From Ostrea edulis (Eukaryota): a DNA stretch of 64,000 nucleotides. Below are positions 40,801 through 55,500 of this stretch, in pieces. The stretch's first letter is position 1, and every line of letters begins with the position of its first letter. The translations under genes were made by a program, and so were the position numbers. The notes below the pieces were generated by a model. It was not told the DNA's origin. It was given only the letters and a program-made list of their open reading frames with translations, and ran no database searches. The stretch is taken from assembly GCF_947568905.1 (NCBI RefSeq), contig NC_079172.1, positions 51,894,001 through 51,958,000 of the forward strand, in the 5' to 3' direction.

Positions 40801-43800
40801 CTTTACATACACAAATAGAACCTACCAACTATGTTAAGGATTAACAGTAAAGGCAGCAAATGATTGTTAGAATATTCACACAAAAATAGTTTAATAGACA
40901 CATTTTTAAAATTTCAGTTATAAAACAGCATTAGGCCCAGTTATATAGGGATTAGATGCATGCGTAAGGCATTTTCAATTCTATCGAATTGTTTCCTATT
41001 GTATAATAATTGTCATTATATCACTGAATCTTCAATGTTTTTTCAACAATTATGGGGGATAGAAGGTCATATGCCTTCGAAGTAGATAAATAACATCTGG
41101 TTTTTTCACATGGTGAACCAAAGTCAATGAGGAATTGCCTAATTGATATAATTGGGTATTATCTTTGGTTGTCCATTGAACATTCTGGAATCAAGATGCA
41201 ATTCAACTGTAACAAAAGATGACCGACCGCGTATCGCTTTGTAGACTCTTGCAGCCAGTTTGGATGTTTTAAATTATTCAATCTTAAAACAAAACAAGTA
41301 CTGGCATTTTCTCCATAAATATACGGGTTTGTGTATCCTTAAAGTACCATATTATACGCAAGAGCTTGTTCTGTATATGATCAGTTTTTAATTCGATGAA
41401 GGCTTTTGACAAACAAGTTAATAGTGCAGGGGTTTCAACAGTCTCGATTAAAATCTCCATTTTCCATATTCTATGGTCGTTATAACGATCTAGTTTGTCA
41501 ATACAACCTATCATTGAGTCATATGCTGTCTGACGTGTTTCAAACCGATTGTTAGGCCGTTCTTTACACGCTGATGTTGACTACGGATTACTGTTTACCT
41601 GAACAAGGTATACATGTAGGGCTTACGGCGGGTGTGACTGGTTGACAGGGGATGCTTTCTCCTCCTAAACATTAACCTTGCTCATAACTTTTAAATTGGG
41701 TTTAATATATCTTTCATGTATCTTTTCCTCGTGACAAAACCTTCGTTTTGGAACCAATATTTTTGACTTTGTAACTTTGATCTTGGAGTTTGACCTACTT
41801 TTAAGAAAAATCAACCTAGACAATAATCTCCATTTTCCATATGCTATGGTCGTTATAACGATCTAGTTTGCCAATACAATTGCAACCTATCATTGGGCCA
41901 AATGTTGTCTGACATGTATGATGTTGATTGTTAGGCTGTTCTTGGCACACTGATTTTGGCTACGGATAATTCCGTTTACCTGATCAAGATATAGGGCTCA
42001 CGACGAGTGTGACCGGTCGATAGGGGATGTTTACCCATTCTAGGCACCTGATCCCATATCTGGTATATCCAGGGTCCGTGTTTGCCCAACTCCCAATTTT
42101 GTATTGCTTATAGGAGTTACGAGACTGATCACTGTTCGCTATCTTCACCTCTCACTTCTCAGGTAGTGAAAACATTGAAATAACCTCAAAATGTCAATGA
42201 CTGTATATCAAGATATAATGAAATATTGAATGAAATGGAACTATTTCTTAACTCTTAAGATGTCAGAAATATATTATATATCTTTCTTCACTAGTACAGT
42301 AATACAATAATCAAATTTTAAACCACATGCTATGTCACGGAGCGCTAAGAAAATGAATAGATTTGTAGTATTTCAATTCTTATGTCTCAATCTGTGTAAA
42401 AATCTCGAAAGGATATGTTATAATAACAGAAAGACTGGAACCCGAGTAGAACTTAATTGCATGTCTTTTGTTAGTTAAGAATAATTTTAAAGCGACTAAT
42501 GAATTTTGATGATTTGGTCTGACTGTCATTACCTCTGATATTGAATCCAGTGCTGTTTATGATGTCAGTAAATGCGCACACAAATGCGAAAGATTCTATC
42601 GCCATCTGACACTTTCCATCTTTCTTTGAAGATCCACCGATCACAAAGTCTTTGAAAACTGTATAATTGGATGCAGGTCGAGGAATGCACTTCTTGCTAG
42701 AAACCTTTACATTCTCGTCAATGTTTAACTGTAATCCATTTTGAAGACTCCAGGACATTTCCACATGTATGAACTTCTCCACCTCGACAGAAGTGGAAAC
42801 AGCCCACTCATTTTCTGAGTTGCTGACGCTTGCATGCAGTTTATCATTTCCAAACCACATAACATAACCATAATTTGACGCTTCTTCACCTCCATTACTG
42901 AACACATAACAATTAGAGATGTTTGCCGTCAACTTAACATTAAATGTAATTGTGATACCAAAGGTACTTTTTTCTACATCACCAAAACAAGCACCTGTTA
43001 GGTCCCCTAAGGAGAGATACTGATTTCCATCCAAGACGACAGCCTTTTCTCCAGATAAACCAGTGATCAACGTCGGAGTTCCAGTACCTCCTATGCTGAC
43101 ACTGTGCTTCTTGGTTATTAATGTTTGGCCGGAAATACTTTGGAAGATGTAAGTTCTTGTTTGTATGTTTTCAACTAGAAATAAAACAGACAAAACGTTT
43201 TCATTTGTACTAAATATAGACATAGTATAATTTTGACGCCGAGAATATTCAGCGGATGTTTTTCAAAAAAGGAAGCATAAAAAGTTAGCTTTTTAACTTT
43301 TGACAAAATTTTGATTAAATGCAAATTTTACCTGTAATTTAGACGACTGGATATTTTGACAATTTTTTCTAGCATGAGACATGTTATTTTTCTAGTACGT
43401 TGCTTTAATGTGTTGCAGGATACGTAGTAAACATACAGTCTTTATTTGCATGGTGTACACACAAATAAGCGACATGCATCAATTATGGTGGGACGACGGG
43501 GGAATCCACATCTCCCACTCTTACCCCTATATTTCCTTCTATAGCATATTGACTTTATTTTCCAATTCTCTCATTCTTCCTTTCCTTTCTCCCTTTTCCT
43601 CTATCATCTCTATCACTTCTCATATGAGTGAAAAATTCACAGCCACAAGCATAACACACAACTATACCTTTATACTATATAGCCAATACTGTAATATGAG
43701 AGGAGGTTAACAACCACACTTTATTTTTCTTTTCTTACCTTGTAATGTTGACCACTGACACTTGGAACGTGTTATATCACACACCTCTGACACATTGAAA

Positions 43801-46800
43801 GGATTGAAAAATCCACTTACAAAACAATTTCCTCCTATTTCACATATATCACTCTGAAAAAGTACATGCACATGTATACAAGTACACAGATAAATATGTT
43901 TTTTTCATTTGTAGTCATCTATCTTATTCTGTGCAATAGTAAATGCACATGTATAAAAGTACACAGATAAATATGTTTTTTTCATTTGTAGCCATCTATC
44001 TTATTCTGCGCAATAGTAAATGCACATGTATACAAGTACACAGATAAATATGTTTTTTTCATTTGTATTAATCTATCTTATTCTGCGCAATAGTAAATGT
44101 ACATGTATACAAGTACACAAATAATTATGTTTTTTTCATTTGTAGTCATCTATCTTATTCTGCGCAATAGAATGCTAGATTACTCGTAGTACAGAAAGCT
44201 ACATTAATCCAAAAGAAAATGTGACATGTTTTATGTAAAGAAAATAAACTTATTCCAATTCAAGTGATCTAGCAATGCATAAAGGATATGATGCAATCTC
44301 GAGTTACACTCTTGTGATTTCTGAGTATTTCTTTTTTCATGTTTGACAATTCACTTTTCATTTTACACACTAGTAAACATGGAGGTGTTTAGACATCGCA
44401 ATATGCCAATATTTTACCCTTCTTCTACAGCCAGTTTCATTACATCTGTCACAGTAACTATTATAGGAGATGTAGATTTTGTATACACTGGTGGTTTCTC
44501 CGTCATTGCTGACGGCCACTTCGTATAAACCATTAACAGAGATCAGGCACGTGACAGTCTGACTATTGAAGAATTCGGCCTTGTTTGTTGTCACCTCTGG
44601 TACTGATTCAAGGTTTACCTGCAACAGTGACAAATGCAAATGTTTTGCAGCATAGAAAATGGAATGAGAACTAGTTTTCACTTTCATTACCTACCCCCCC
44701 CCCCCCCCCAATATTATATGTAGAATTTCCATTAATATAAATGACATATATAAATCAAGTGAAATTTACTCTTGTGGCAACTAAGGACAGGCATAAGCAG
44801 AATGGCAATGCAACCGTCTTATGTTACATTTGTCGTGAAAAGAAATAATGATTATTAGGAAGTTATCATGTGGAAATTATCTATTTTTTCTGTGTCCATT
44901 GTAATAATCTTTTAACTATATATTGAATACTTCATAAAGAATTCAATGAATACTACAATATAAAAAGCTTGTTAAAGTTGAAAGAGTTTCCATACAAGGC
45001 AAATAAAGTAACGTTTGTTTTCCTGAATAGTTTACCTACTGAATGAAACTGTTTTTGAAATTAGCAATATATTAATTTACATTATGTGATCTGTAGTGAC
45101 AGGTTAAATTCTCAGTATCAGCAAAATTCTCGCCGTATAGCTGTAAAAGGGTGCAGTTCGAACAGATGGAGTCGCATGGTTCTCCCGTTCCAACTTGATA
45201 GAGTTGAGGTGGAGCTGTACGGTTGACAGAGCAGTCATCTCCTATCCAAGGTTCTGCACACACACAGAATCCTGTAAAGGAAACAAGTTAAACTGAATGT
45301 TCATCTAAGCTTACAGAGTAAAAAACTTACACTCCCAATTCAAGATATACATGTACATATTTCTGTTTTAGTCCCGTGGGGTTCCGGGTTAGAATAGGTC
45401 TTTAGTACCCCTTGCTTGTGGTAAGAGGCGAATAAATGTGTTGGTCCTTCGGATGAGACCGTAAAACCCAAGTCCCCGTGTCACAGCAGGTGTGGCACGA
45501 TAAAGATCCCTCCCTGCTCAAAGGTCGTAAGCGCGGAGCACAGGCCTAAATTTTGCAGCACTTCATTAGCAATGATGACGTCTCCATATGAGGGAAACAT
45601 AGTCGAATGGGACGTGAAGCAACATACAATCAACCAATCAAGATTTCTGGTTTAAGCTTTAATTTCTTCCATCAAGTATTTATAAAAAGAAGAGATAAAA
45701 TTTTGAGAAATTGATTATTTCAAGTTTTCATCCTTTTCCGAGTTTAATAATAGTTTTTAAATGGCAAGCTTAAGATTTGAGTCTCACAAGAGTCCTACCC
45801 CCGTTGCAGTTTCCGTTGTCTGTACAGCTGTTGGGACAAATGTTTCCTACAATATCAGGTGGAGGGATCGTGTCTCCTGTTTTAGCATCAACAGTCCATT
45901 TTTCTGTGTCGCTTTCCACGATGGTAGTACATTCTTGTAGTAAATTATCGAGGCTTTCCTTTGCCCAATCGGTACCGTCAGTAAGCTGCATTTCAAATAC
46001 AAAAAACCCCATAAACATAATATTAAGGTGGTCATGGGATTATACAATGAATATAAGCAAAATCTTACAGGAGACACCACTCTATGTAAAAGATAACATA
46101 TAAATATGCCTGAATATCATTGATACAGCCTTGTAAAATAGGGGCAAAGTCAAGCCCCGGAAGGTTCTTGCATTTCCCCCCCGATTCTTTGGCTTCCATG
46201 AAGTCGTGACAAAGTTTTAGTGCAATGTCTTCCGTGATGTTGCTCGGTGTGGGCCACTGCGGATCCTGTATATTTATTTCAAAACAAAAGAATGTCTGTA
46301 AATATACTAAGAAACATTTATCTGTAAATAAGGAGTCGGGGAAAACCATCAATAGTTTTCACATATATAATTTTAATATTCTATTTTGCTGTAATATATC
46401 AATGAAAACTAAAACAAAATGTATATATACCGGTTGTCTATATTCTGGTTCATGTTGGAATTGTTCTGGGGGGCGAATAGATTCACAGCGGGTCGGAGGT
46501 GATTCTGCATCTCTGATGAGGTCTTCAGTAACACGTTTACGTCCTGCAATTGCAAGTATACTAAATGATTAACATCTATTATCTCTTCATTCCATGTCAT
46601 TTTGAATAAGCAAATAAGCATACCCATAAAATTAAACAAATATGAGGCAGAATTCATTAAAAAACTTTACAAGAGAAGTAAAAATCTCTAGCTGTGTATC
46701 ATCATATCATGAGTCAAGGTAGCCTACTGCCAAATAAGTTGATTCTATAGGGCTTTCAACAGTCTCGTTTAAAGTCAGCATTTCACAATTTAGATGGTTG

Positions 46801-49800
46801 ATATAATAACAAGTTTGTAAATACAACGTATCATTTTCAGTATATGTTTGCATTTGAATATGTTTATCAACCTGCATTTTTTAAAAAATATATGTGCTAG
46901 ATAAAGCTTAAAATATAAGTAAACCTATCAACAAGGGATGCTTACTCGTCCTAGGGACCTGTTCCCACCTCTGGTGTGTCCAGGGACCCGTGTTGCCCCT
47001 TTTATGAATTTCATATTCTTGATAGGATTTAAGAGATTAAAACTAGCTCTAAGGGCCTACACGTTTACTGTTATTTCGGATTTCAAAAATTTCGGTTGAG
47101 CATTACTGAAGATACATCATTTGTCGAAATGCGCATCTGGTGCATCAAAATTGCTACCGGAAAATTTTTACATTATGATCCCTGGGTCGAGGCTTCTGTT
47201 GGTGGACTTTTAGTCCCCGAGGGTCTCTACAGCGCAGTAGCTAAGTATTTTGTTACTAGCTTGAAAATACGAATGTATATTTAATTGCTGTGATTAAATT
47301 TAGAAATTCATTTCAAAATTAAGGATTATCTCCCTCGTGCTCTTATCCTTAGACGAATTTGGCTCCACTTTTTTGGCACTGTTTTTCCCTAAAATAGCTC
47401 TACAAGTTTACTGTTATTTCGGATTTCAAAAATTTCGGTTGAGCATCACTGAAGAGACATTATTTGTCAAAATGCGCATCTGGTGCATCAAAATTGGTAC
47501 CGTATAAGTTTTACTTTAAAACCTAGTATCACTTTTGTTATGGAAACTTCTGCCTCAGTTCGATAAACTGTAATGGAATTCATTTTAATAATATTCATTC
47601 TCGAGAATATCATCTGCATGTACTGTTTTGGCTCTGAGAGTTATTCCCTATGATTGTAAATTTCAAAATATGTATAGTGGAATGTCATGTTAGAAAATGT
47701 TTGTGTATGGCATCTGTGTTGCTAAGTTTTCATTCTTGTTTAAGGGGTGTTTTCCAATTTTTTTCATTTCGTATTATAAAAGGTTTTGACGCAAAACCAT
47801 GTTCTTGACTTTAACATTGCAATTAAGACCGGTTACATAAACATCAGTTACAAACATTACACAAATTGTTAAAGGAAGGAGATGAAAATAAAATATACAG
47901 TAATATGCACAGTTGGTTTAAAAATGAAAGGTGAAGATAACGAACAATGACCAATCTCATAACTCCTATAAGCAATACAAAATAGAGAGTTAAGCAAACA
48001 CGGAGCCCTGCATATACCAGAAGTAAGACCAGGTCCCTAGGAGGAGTAAGCATCACTTGTCAACCGGTCACGCCCGCCGTGAGCCCTATATCTTTAGTCA
48101 AAATCAGTGTGTCAAGAGCGGTCTAATAATCGGTATGTAACACGTCAGACAGCATTTGACCCCAAAACAGGTTATATTGATAATGTAGAACGTTTCAACG
48201 ACCATAGATTTTGAGTAATGCTGAGCACAAATGAAACTGTTGAAACCCCTGTAACATAAACTTGTTTGTCAGTAGCCTACCTCGATTTGAAAATTGACCA
48301 TACACAGAGGTAGCTCTTGCGTGTCGAATCAGTTGAGAGGTATAAACACCACATGCAGGTTATAATGGAATAATGCTACATACATATATATGGGAAGTTG
48401 AAGATAGAGAAGCCGAAATCATCCATTTTGTCATAAAGTTGAGTTGTTAGTTTGCCGTTAATATTTATTTTCAATAAAATATCTAAATACGAAGCAGATA
48501 TGGAGGACTCTGTGGTGTTCTTTATTGCGAGTTCAACATATGAATGAAAATGACCATTGTTAATAGATAAAACGGCGTCGATATATCTAAATATCGAGTT
48601 GAAGAAGGCCACAGCAAAAGATGGTTTTTCTCTTGGAGCTTTGAATAAACTCTGATTTTGAATAAGCATGCAGTTTATTCTAATAGTTATAACAAACCTC
48701 TCTGTGCATCCAACAGTCCTCTCCTCTTCTCAATTTCTACACACGACATTAGGTCCATTCCCTCCTGACACATGGTTGTTTCTCCCTCCATACAGTCACA
48801 GTACCTCTCTACCTTATAACTGCCATCAGTTGTCACGCAATACCCTCTATATAAGGATTCATCCTCAGATACCCTTAACCAATATATAGACAGGCATCAT
48901 TTATGACCGTCAAGAGTACTTTCAAACAGCTTGAAAAGAGCTATATATGATAAAGGTATAAGCCCCAAAACTTGTAAGAATTCATGTGAAATCATTAACA
49001 TTTAAATATATCTTTCTAAGTACTTCAATTCTTGCGAGACAATTGCATCCTAATATCTAAAGACAGTCTTGCACCTTTTCTTGTATTTCATAGTGACATT
49101 AAAATTTTTCAACCGATACCGTCATTTTTAGTATTTTTCTATCGAATGTTAATCATCTATAAGCCATACATGTAGTAACAGTATGAATCATGTTCTTAAT
49201 CTTTATTTGGCAAAATATGGTTTCAAAATGTGTACTTTTTCATCAAAATTTCAAATTGGTAGAAAATTGTGCATTCGTAGTGTTCTTGGAAGTTTTAGAA
49301 TTCTTCTATGAATTACACAAAAACTCTTCATTAAGATAAAACAAAAAATAAGAAACCTGAAAATTCATTTTAAGGGGCCAAACTAGTTATACAGCATACA
49401 GTCCTTTAAATTGATAGAAAACGATTAAATGAATGCATGTATACATAGGTGTGAACATCATTTATTCCAAAATGTAGCATATGAAATGTTTAAACATGAT
49501 ACATCCTCGTGATAAAATATCAAATAAGTAAAATATGCATGCCTGAATGATACATGTACATGCATATAATTTGGAAAATACAAAATCATGCCAATCTTAC
49601 CTCCATGATAAAGAGAATTCATTAGGTTGTTTTCCACCTTTCACATAAACAGTTCCGTCTCTTTTAGTGAAATCATTGTTTCTATTACCATCAAAAGTAC
49701 CACACAATCCTACAATATAAGTTATACCACACAATCCTACAATATAAGTTATACCACACAATCCTACAATATAAGTTATACCACACAATCCTATAATATA

Positions 49801-52521
49801 AGTTATACCACACAATCCTATAATATAAGTTATACCACACAATCCTACAATATAAGTTATACCACACAATCCTATAATATAAGTTATACCACACAATCCT
49901 ACAATATAATTTATACCACACAATCCTACAGTATAAGTTATACCACACAATCCTACAATATAAGTTATACCACACAATCCTACAATATAAGTTATACCAC
50001 ACAATCCTACAATATAAGTTATACCACACAATCCTACAATATAAGTTATACCTCACACAATCCTACAATATAAGTTATACCTCACACAATCCTACAATAT
50101 AAGTTGTACCTCACACAATCCTACAATATAAGTTATACCTCACACAATCCTACAATATAAGTTATACCTCACACAATCCTACAATATAAGTTATACCACA
50201 CAATCCTACAATATAAGTTATACCACACAATCCTACAATATAAGTTATACCTCACACAATCCTACAGTAGAAGTTATACCACACAACCCTACAATATAAG
50301 TTATACCACACAATCCTACAATATAAGTTATACCTCACACAATCCTATAATATAAGTTATACCACACAACCCTACAATATAAGTTATACCACACAATCCT
50401 ACAATATAAGTTATACCTCACACAATCCTATAATATAAGTTATACCACACAATCCTACAATATAAGTTATACCACACAATCCTATAATATAAGTTATACC
50501 ACACAATCCTACAATATAAGTTATACCACACAACCCTACACTATAAGTTATACCACAGAATCCTACAATATAAGTTATATCTCACACAATCCTACAGTAT
50601 AAGTTGTACCTCACACAATCCTGTTATACCACACAATCCTACAATATAAGTTATACCTCACAATCCTACAATATAAGTTATACCACACAATCCTACAATA
50701 TAAGTTATACCACACAATCCTATAATATAAGTTATACCACACAATCCTGTAATATAAGTTATACCTCACACAATCCTACAGTAGAAGTTATACCTCCCAC
50801 AATCATACAATATAAGTTATACCACACAACCCTACAGTATAATTTATACCACACAACCCTATAATAAAAGTTAATATAGTATCATTTCCTGTAAATGGTA
50901 ATAAACTCTCTGATTCAGGTTAAAGTACATTAAATATCTAAAAACCAGCTGATCACAGGGTGATTTTCTGAGGATTTCGACCATGTGAGACTATACTACA
51001 CCTCTTACAGATTATCAAAGTCGTGATATTGTAAACATGCCACATAGGACTTCTTCATATTAGGAGTGTGCAGCTATAGGGTAGTTAGGAATCATTAATA
51101 GCTGATATACACAAATTTAGAGAGAGAGAGTCCTTTAACAGCTGATCTACCAAGATGTAGAGAGGATTATTTTACAGCTGATCTACACAGATGTAGAGAG
51201 GATTATTTTACAGCTGATCTACACAGATTTAGAGAGAGTTCTTCTAGCGCTGTTCTATCCAGTTGTAGAGAGGATTATTTTACAGCTGATCTACATAGTT
51301 GTAGAGAGAGTCCTTTAACAGCTGATCTACACAGTTGTAGAGAGGGTTCTTTTTACAGATTATCTACACAATTGTAGAGATGGTTCTTCTATGCTCCATG
51401 TCTATATTAAGGGCGTAGTTCATACGGCCCTTCCTATAATTTTATCTTTACACGGAAGTGAGGACTCAGATTTCTAGTTACTAAGCCACACTGCCTTCAC
51501 TTTCTATCTATTGAATCTAGAATTGATTGAAGCAAACGATATTTATACTAGGAATTTCAACGGGTACTCAACTATCACACGGTCATACTGATAATTGACT
51601 AAATAATAACGAAGGAGAGGTCTTTCTTTTTTTTTAAAAATTGGGTATTACATAGTATGAATATAAAACTTAAATGATACCAATTTTGATATAAAATTTC
51701 TTAAGAATGCGTTTGTCTGCTTTATTTCTTAAAGGGACTGGTTCACGATTTTTGAAAAAAATATTTTTCATTTTTGATGTTAAACATTAAAAATATAACT
51801 CATTTAATGTTGACAGCCAAAATTTTGACCTTTTGAATGCAATAATAAAAGCAATATTTTAGCCTTAAATCTGTGTTTGTAAACAAAGACTCCAGTCTTT
51901 TAATGTATACAAACAAGCCAGTGAAATATTAATTTTATGATATAAAGCATCTTAATTTTGCAGTCACAACTTTTAACTTTTAGATGACATATTTTACCCA
52001 AAGAATGATTGAAGTGTGAAAGATATAATAAACTTAGATCAATATCCATTCTTTTGAAAATTTCGTAATCTTTGTTTACCAAACAAATAATAAATTCTCT
52101 AAAATGAGCTTCTGTGATAATGTATAACCTTAAATTTTATGCGAAATCTTTTAAACACATTAGACAGTGATTTTGATCATTAAAAGTGAAAAACAAAATT
52201 ATGGGGAAAATCGTGAATCAGTCCTTTTAAGGCATCAGTGTTTCCCAAAGATAAAACCAAACATATTTAATTCATTGTCCATAGGAAATCATATGTATGC
52301 TGATATTCAGTTGACAAGTATGCTTTCAAAATCTGTTATATGGTCATGATATTTCAAATGTCTTTGCCTTCGATATCTTTACCAACTTTAATGATAACCT
52401 TATGATTGCGATGTACACAATGTACATATGAATCTTGAGAGATATAGTACTTATTTTTGACGGTTAGCCCACTTAATGATGTATGCTCGCGTAAAGATTT
52501 GCAGTTCATGCCCTCATGTAC

Positions 52522-52568
<47 letters not shown>

Positions 52569-55500
52569 CAGAATGTGATAAAACGTCTGGTGGAATAGCG
52601 CAGATTTATTAAAGATATACTGCTTGACCAAAATATACAATAAAGCTATTTAAGTCTGCTTCTTAAGGACCACGAGTGGGAAACGATTTCCTGACCGATT
52701 TTCATTGGCTATGCACGTCACGTGATCCTCTGCAATAAAGCCATTTTTCTGCAATTTGTGTTTGACAATTGTTACGTACTGCGACGTCATATCTAACAAG
52801 AAATCTTGTTAAATAAAATTCTGCCAATTTTGTAAACATTTCAGATGGTTTTAGTCGATAGGTGAACGTGTGATATAATGGTAAAACAACATTATTATTT
52901 TTTTCTCTATGATTACTTACATTTCAATATGGAGAAAATAAAGTTGAATGCCAAAATAGTTATTGACAGTAGTTTCAAACAATGAATGTTTTGTTTGACC
53001 CTCGAACGGATCTGTTATATGGCAAAAGACTTTCGTGGATTTAACTTCACGTAATTTGAGAAAAAAACACCTTTTCTTTACTTTACCTTCAGTGTTGTTG
53101 TAATCAAGCGTAGAAGCCACAACTTTGACATTTAGAAACCGTCTCCCTAAAATCACCCAGCCATTCATTACAATCACCTTTGCTCCGGTGGGTAAAATTA
53201 TCTACAAAAAAGGATATTAGACTTAGTAACAACAAGTTCAAACTTTCAGTTCTATCAATACTCTAATGTAGCTTCATTCTACACTACATTTAATCAAAGT
53301 ACTGATAAGTGCTAACCTGACATTGTACACCACATTTATAGAAGACAATCTAGGTCGCTTCAACAATTTAAAATAAAAAAGTAAATATAAACCTCATATG
53401 TCTTTCCTCCAGACATTCGAATAACTTCTGTGCCTGGCGTTAAGTCCCCATTTAGATACATCTTCAATGTATAGGGTGTCCGTTTGGATGATTGCCCCAT
53501 AGAAGGTCCGCACACATCCACTAGAATGACGTCATTTCCGGAGCGAACTACTACAGCACAGTTACAGGCTGCACGTCTATTACACTTTCTGTAAAATGTC
53601 CGTACCTGGAAAATATTATTTTACAACAAAAATATCATTAAATATATACATGTATAACATATACCATCTTTAGTCATTAATTGCAAACTTTGACATTTGA
53701 AATTCTACTTAAAGCAAGTTTGAATGAAGCTTGTTTGGTGACAGTTAATTGAAAATGCGACTGATTCCATTAACGTTTGAGTAACCTTATTCAAATGAAA
53801 CTATTTTAAACATTGCTCAAAGAAGTCAACAAGATATGCAAGAGGATTCTTAGGCTCCTAACGAATGAGTTAAAATTGAAATATTGTGTTGTATTTTACT
53901 CTGATGAAATGCTCCTAAACAGAATAAAACAGTTTGATATTTTGTTTAATTGTTACATAAAATCAAATAGGAAATTTGTTACATGTACATGTCTAATACA
54001 TATGGCGTGATGTTTGGGACATACATGTATTTGCCAAATAATTCAAATAAAATCATAACACACAATGTGTTCAAGGAATACCTCATAGGGCAGTGATTTG
54101 TGTCTGTAAAGAATAAATTCTCCTTCCAAGTAGTTGTCATAATACCTAAGAATATAAAAGTGAAATACCAATTAATGCGTGAACATTACATGTAGTTCTT
54201 TCTCATTAACAAACAGTTGACATCCATTGCGAAAATGAATACTACACTAGTTAATATCTCTTAACCTGGGAAGAATGATCTCATTATATTCTGTGGTGTA
54301 CAACATTGAATAGATGAAGATGACCATCACCGTGTGATTTATGTCATGAAAACATTACATACGTAGTATATTTATATATTTGGTTTCGTAGTACACACTA
54401 TATAAAGACTATTGTTTTATATGTAAATTCTTCCTTACATTCTATCAAATGTTGTCATATGAGGATCGTAGTACACACTATATAAAGACTATTGTGTTAT
54501 ATATAAATTCTTCCTTATATTCTATCAAATGTTGTCATATGAGGATCGTTGTACACACTATATAAAGACTATTGTTTTATATGTAAACTCTTCCTTACTT
54601 TCTATCAAATGTTGTCATATGAGGATCGTTGATAGAAGAGCACACTGCTATTTTGTCTCCATCCACTACTGTCACCTGATGTAGATTGTACAACTATCAA
54701 CATTTCTTGTTTATGAAAAGCCACTCTTAAATATACTACAGTTACACCAGACATGACTTTGCCAAGCTACATTTCTGAATTATTACATTGGGCTGTGGAT
54801 GAGTATTTTCGCTGTTAAGGTTTTTGTAAAGGATACTGAATATTGATTACGAAAATCCTGTTTTAATCACAGTTTTAGTATCCAATGAACTTCTCGTTTA
54901 CAAATAAACTTAGTGAAATAAAGATGAATTATTAATCAAAAGAAAAAATAAAATAAACTTCCAATGGTTTACATTTATTTATTCACTTGCCTTCACAGTG
55001 GAGAACTGCTTAGTTGTGTTCGGTGTTGTGACATACAATTGGATGTTTCTTGTTTGGTCCCTATCCTTCAGACTGTCAATTGAAGCCTTCACTGGAATCA
55101 AAATTCCCGTGTGCCAGGTATCCATAGTAATTGGATAGTAACATGGTTTATGGTGAAATGAGTTGACGCCAAACACAACTTGACTAACAGGCATGCGAGA
55201 ACCTGGGCATTTTGTTTCTCTTCCTGTAAAGCAAATTCAAATGAGTGAGAAAGAGAGATTTGGTTCTTTGCTCTTTATGTCCTAGCCGATATTGTTTCAT
55301 TTACTCGTATATTGAAATGTCACTAGTTGTCGGCAAAGTGTCATAAATTTTGGCGATCAAGCTGTGAGGGTTCATTATTGTGTAAATGCCCACAGAGACA
55401 AGGAACTGCCTTTTTAAAGGCCTAATCCAAAATATCTCTGACTTTTGAGTCTTATATCGGGAACTTAGCGAAGAACAATCACTGCTTATTTTTGAAGTAG

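Larger units (their letters stand above)
47063..47515 (+). mobile_element. Retrozyme-like tandem unit (343-bp period, about 1.3 copies)
   Basis: Reverse-complement homolog of 56455-56927; directly follows a Penelope-like 3' tail. Confidence 0.75.

Noticed and set aside
45371-45440. Possible HDV-like or twister ribozyme at the 5' end of the CCCGTGGGG...GTCGTAAGAGGCGACTAA SINE-like repeat
   Set aside because: I could not assemble a consistent P1/P2/P3/P1.1 or twister fold by hand; an RNArobo or Infernal search on the family consensus would be needed.
47096-47284. 62-aa ORF MSITEDTSFVEMRIWCIKI...
   Set aside because: It is the translation of the hammerhead-bearing repeat unit, not an independent gene.
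51098-51390. 36-bp repeat with TCTAC-N6-GTAGA hairpin resembling a Cas12a CRISPR direct repeat
   Set aside because: Units are directly adjacent with no unique spacers, it sits in a eukaryotic intron, and no cas genes are present.
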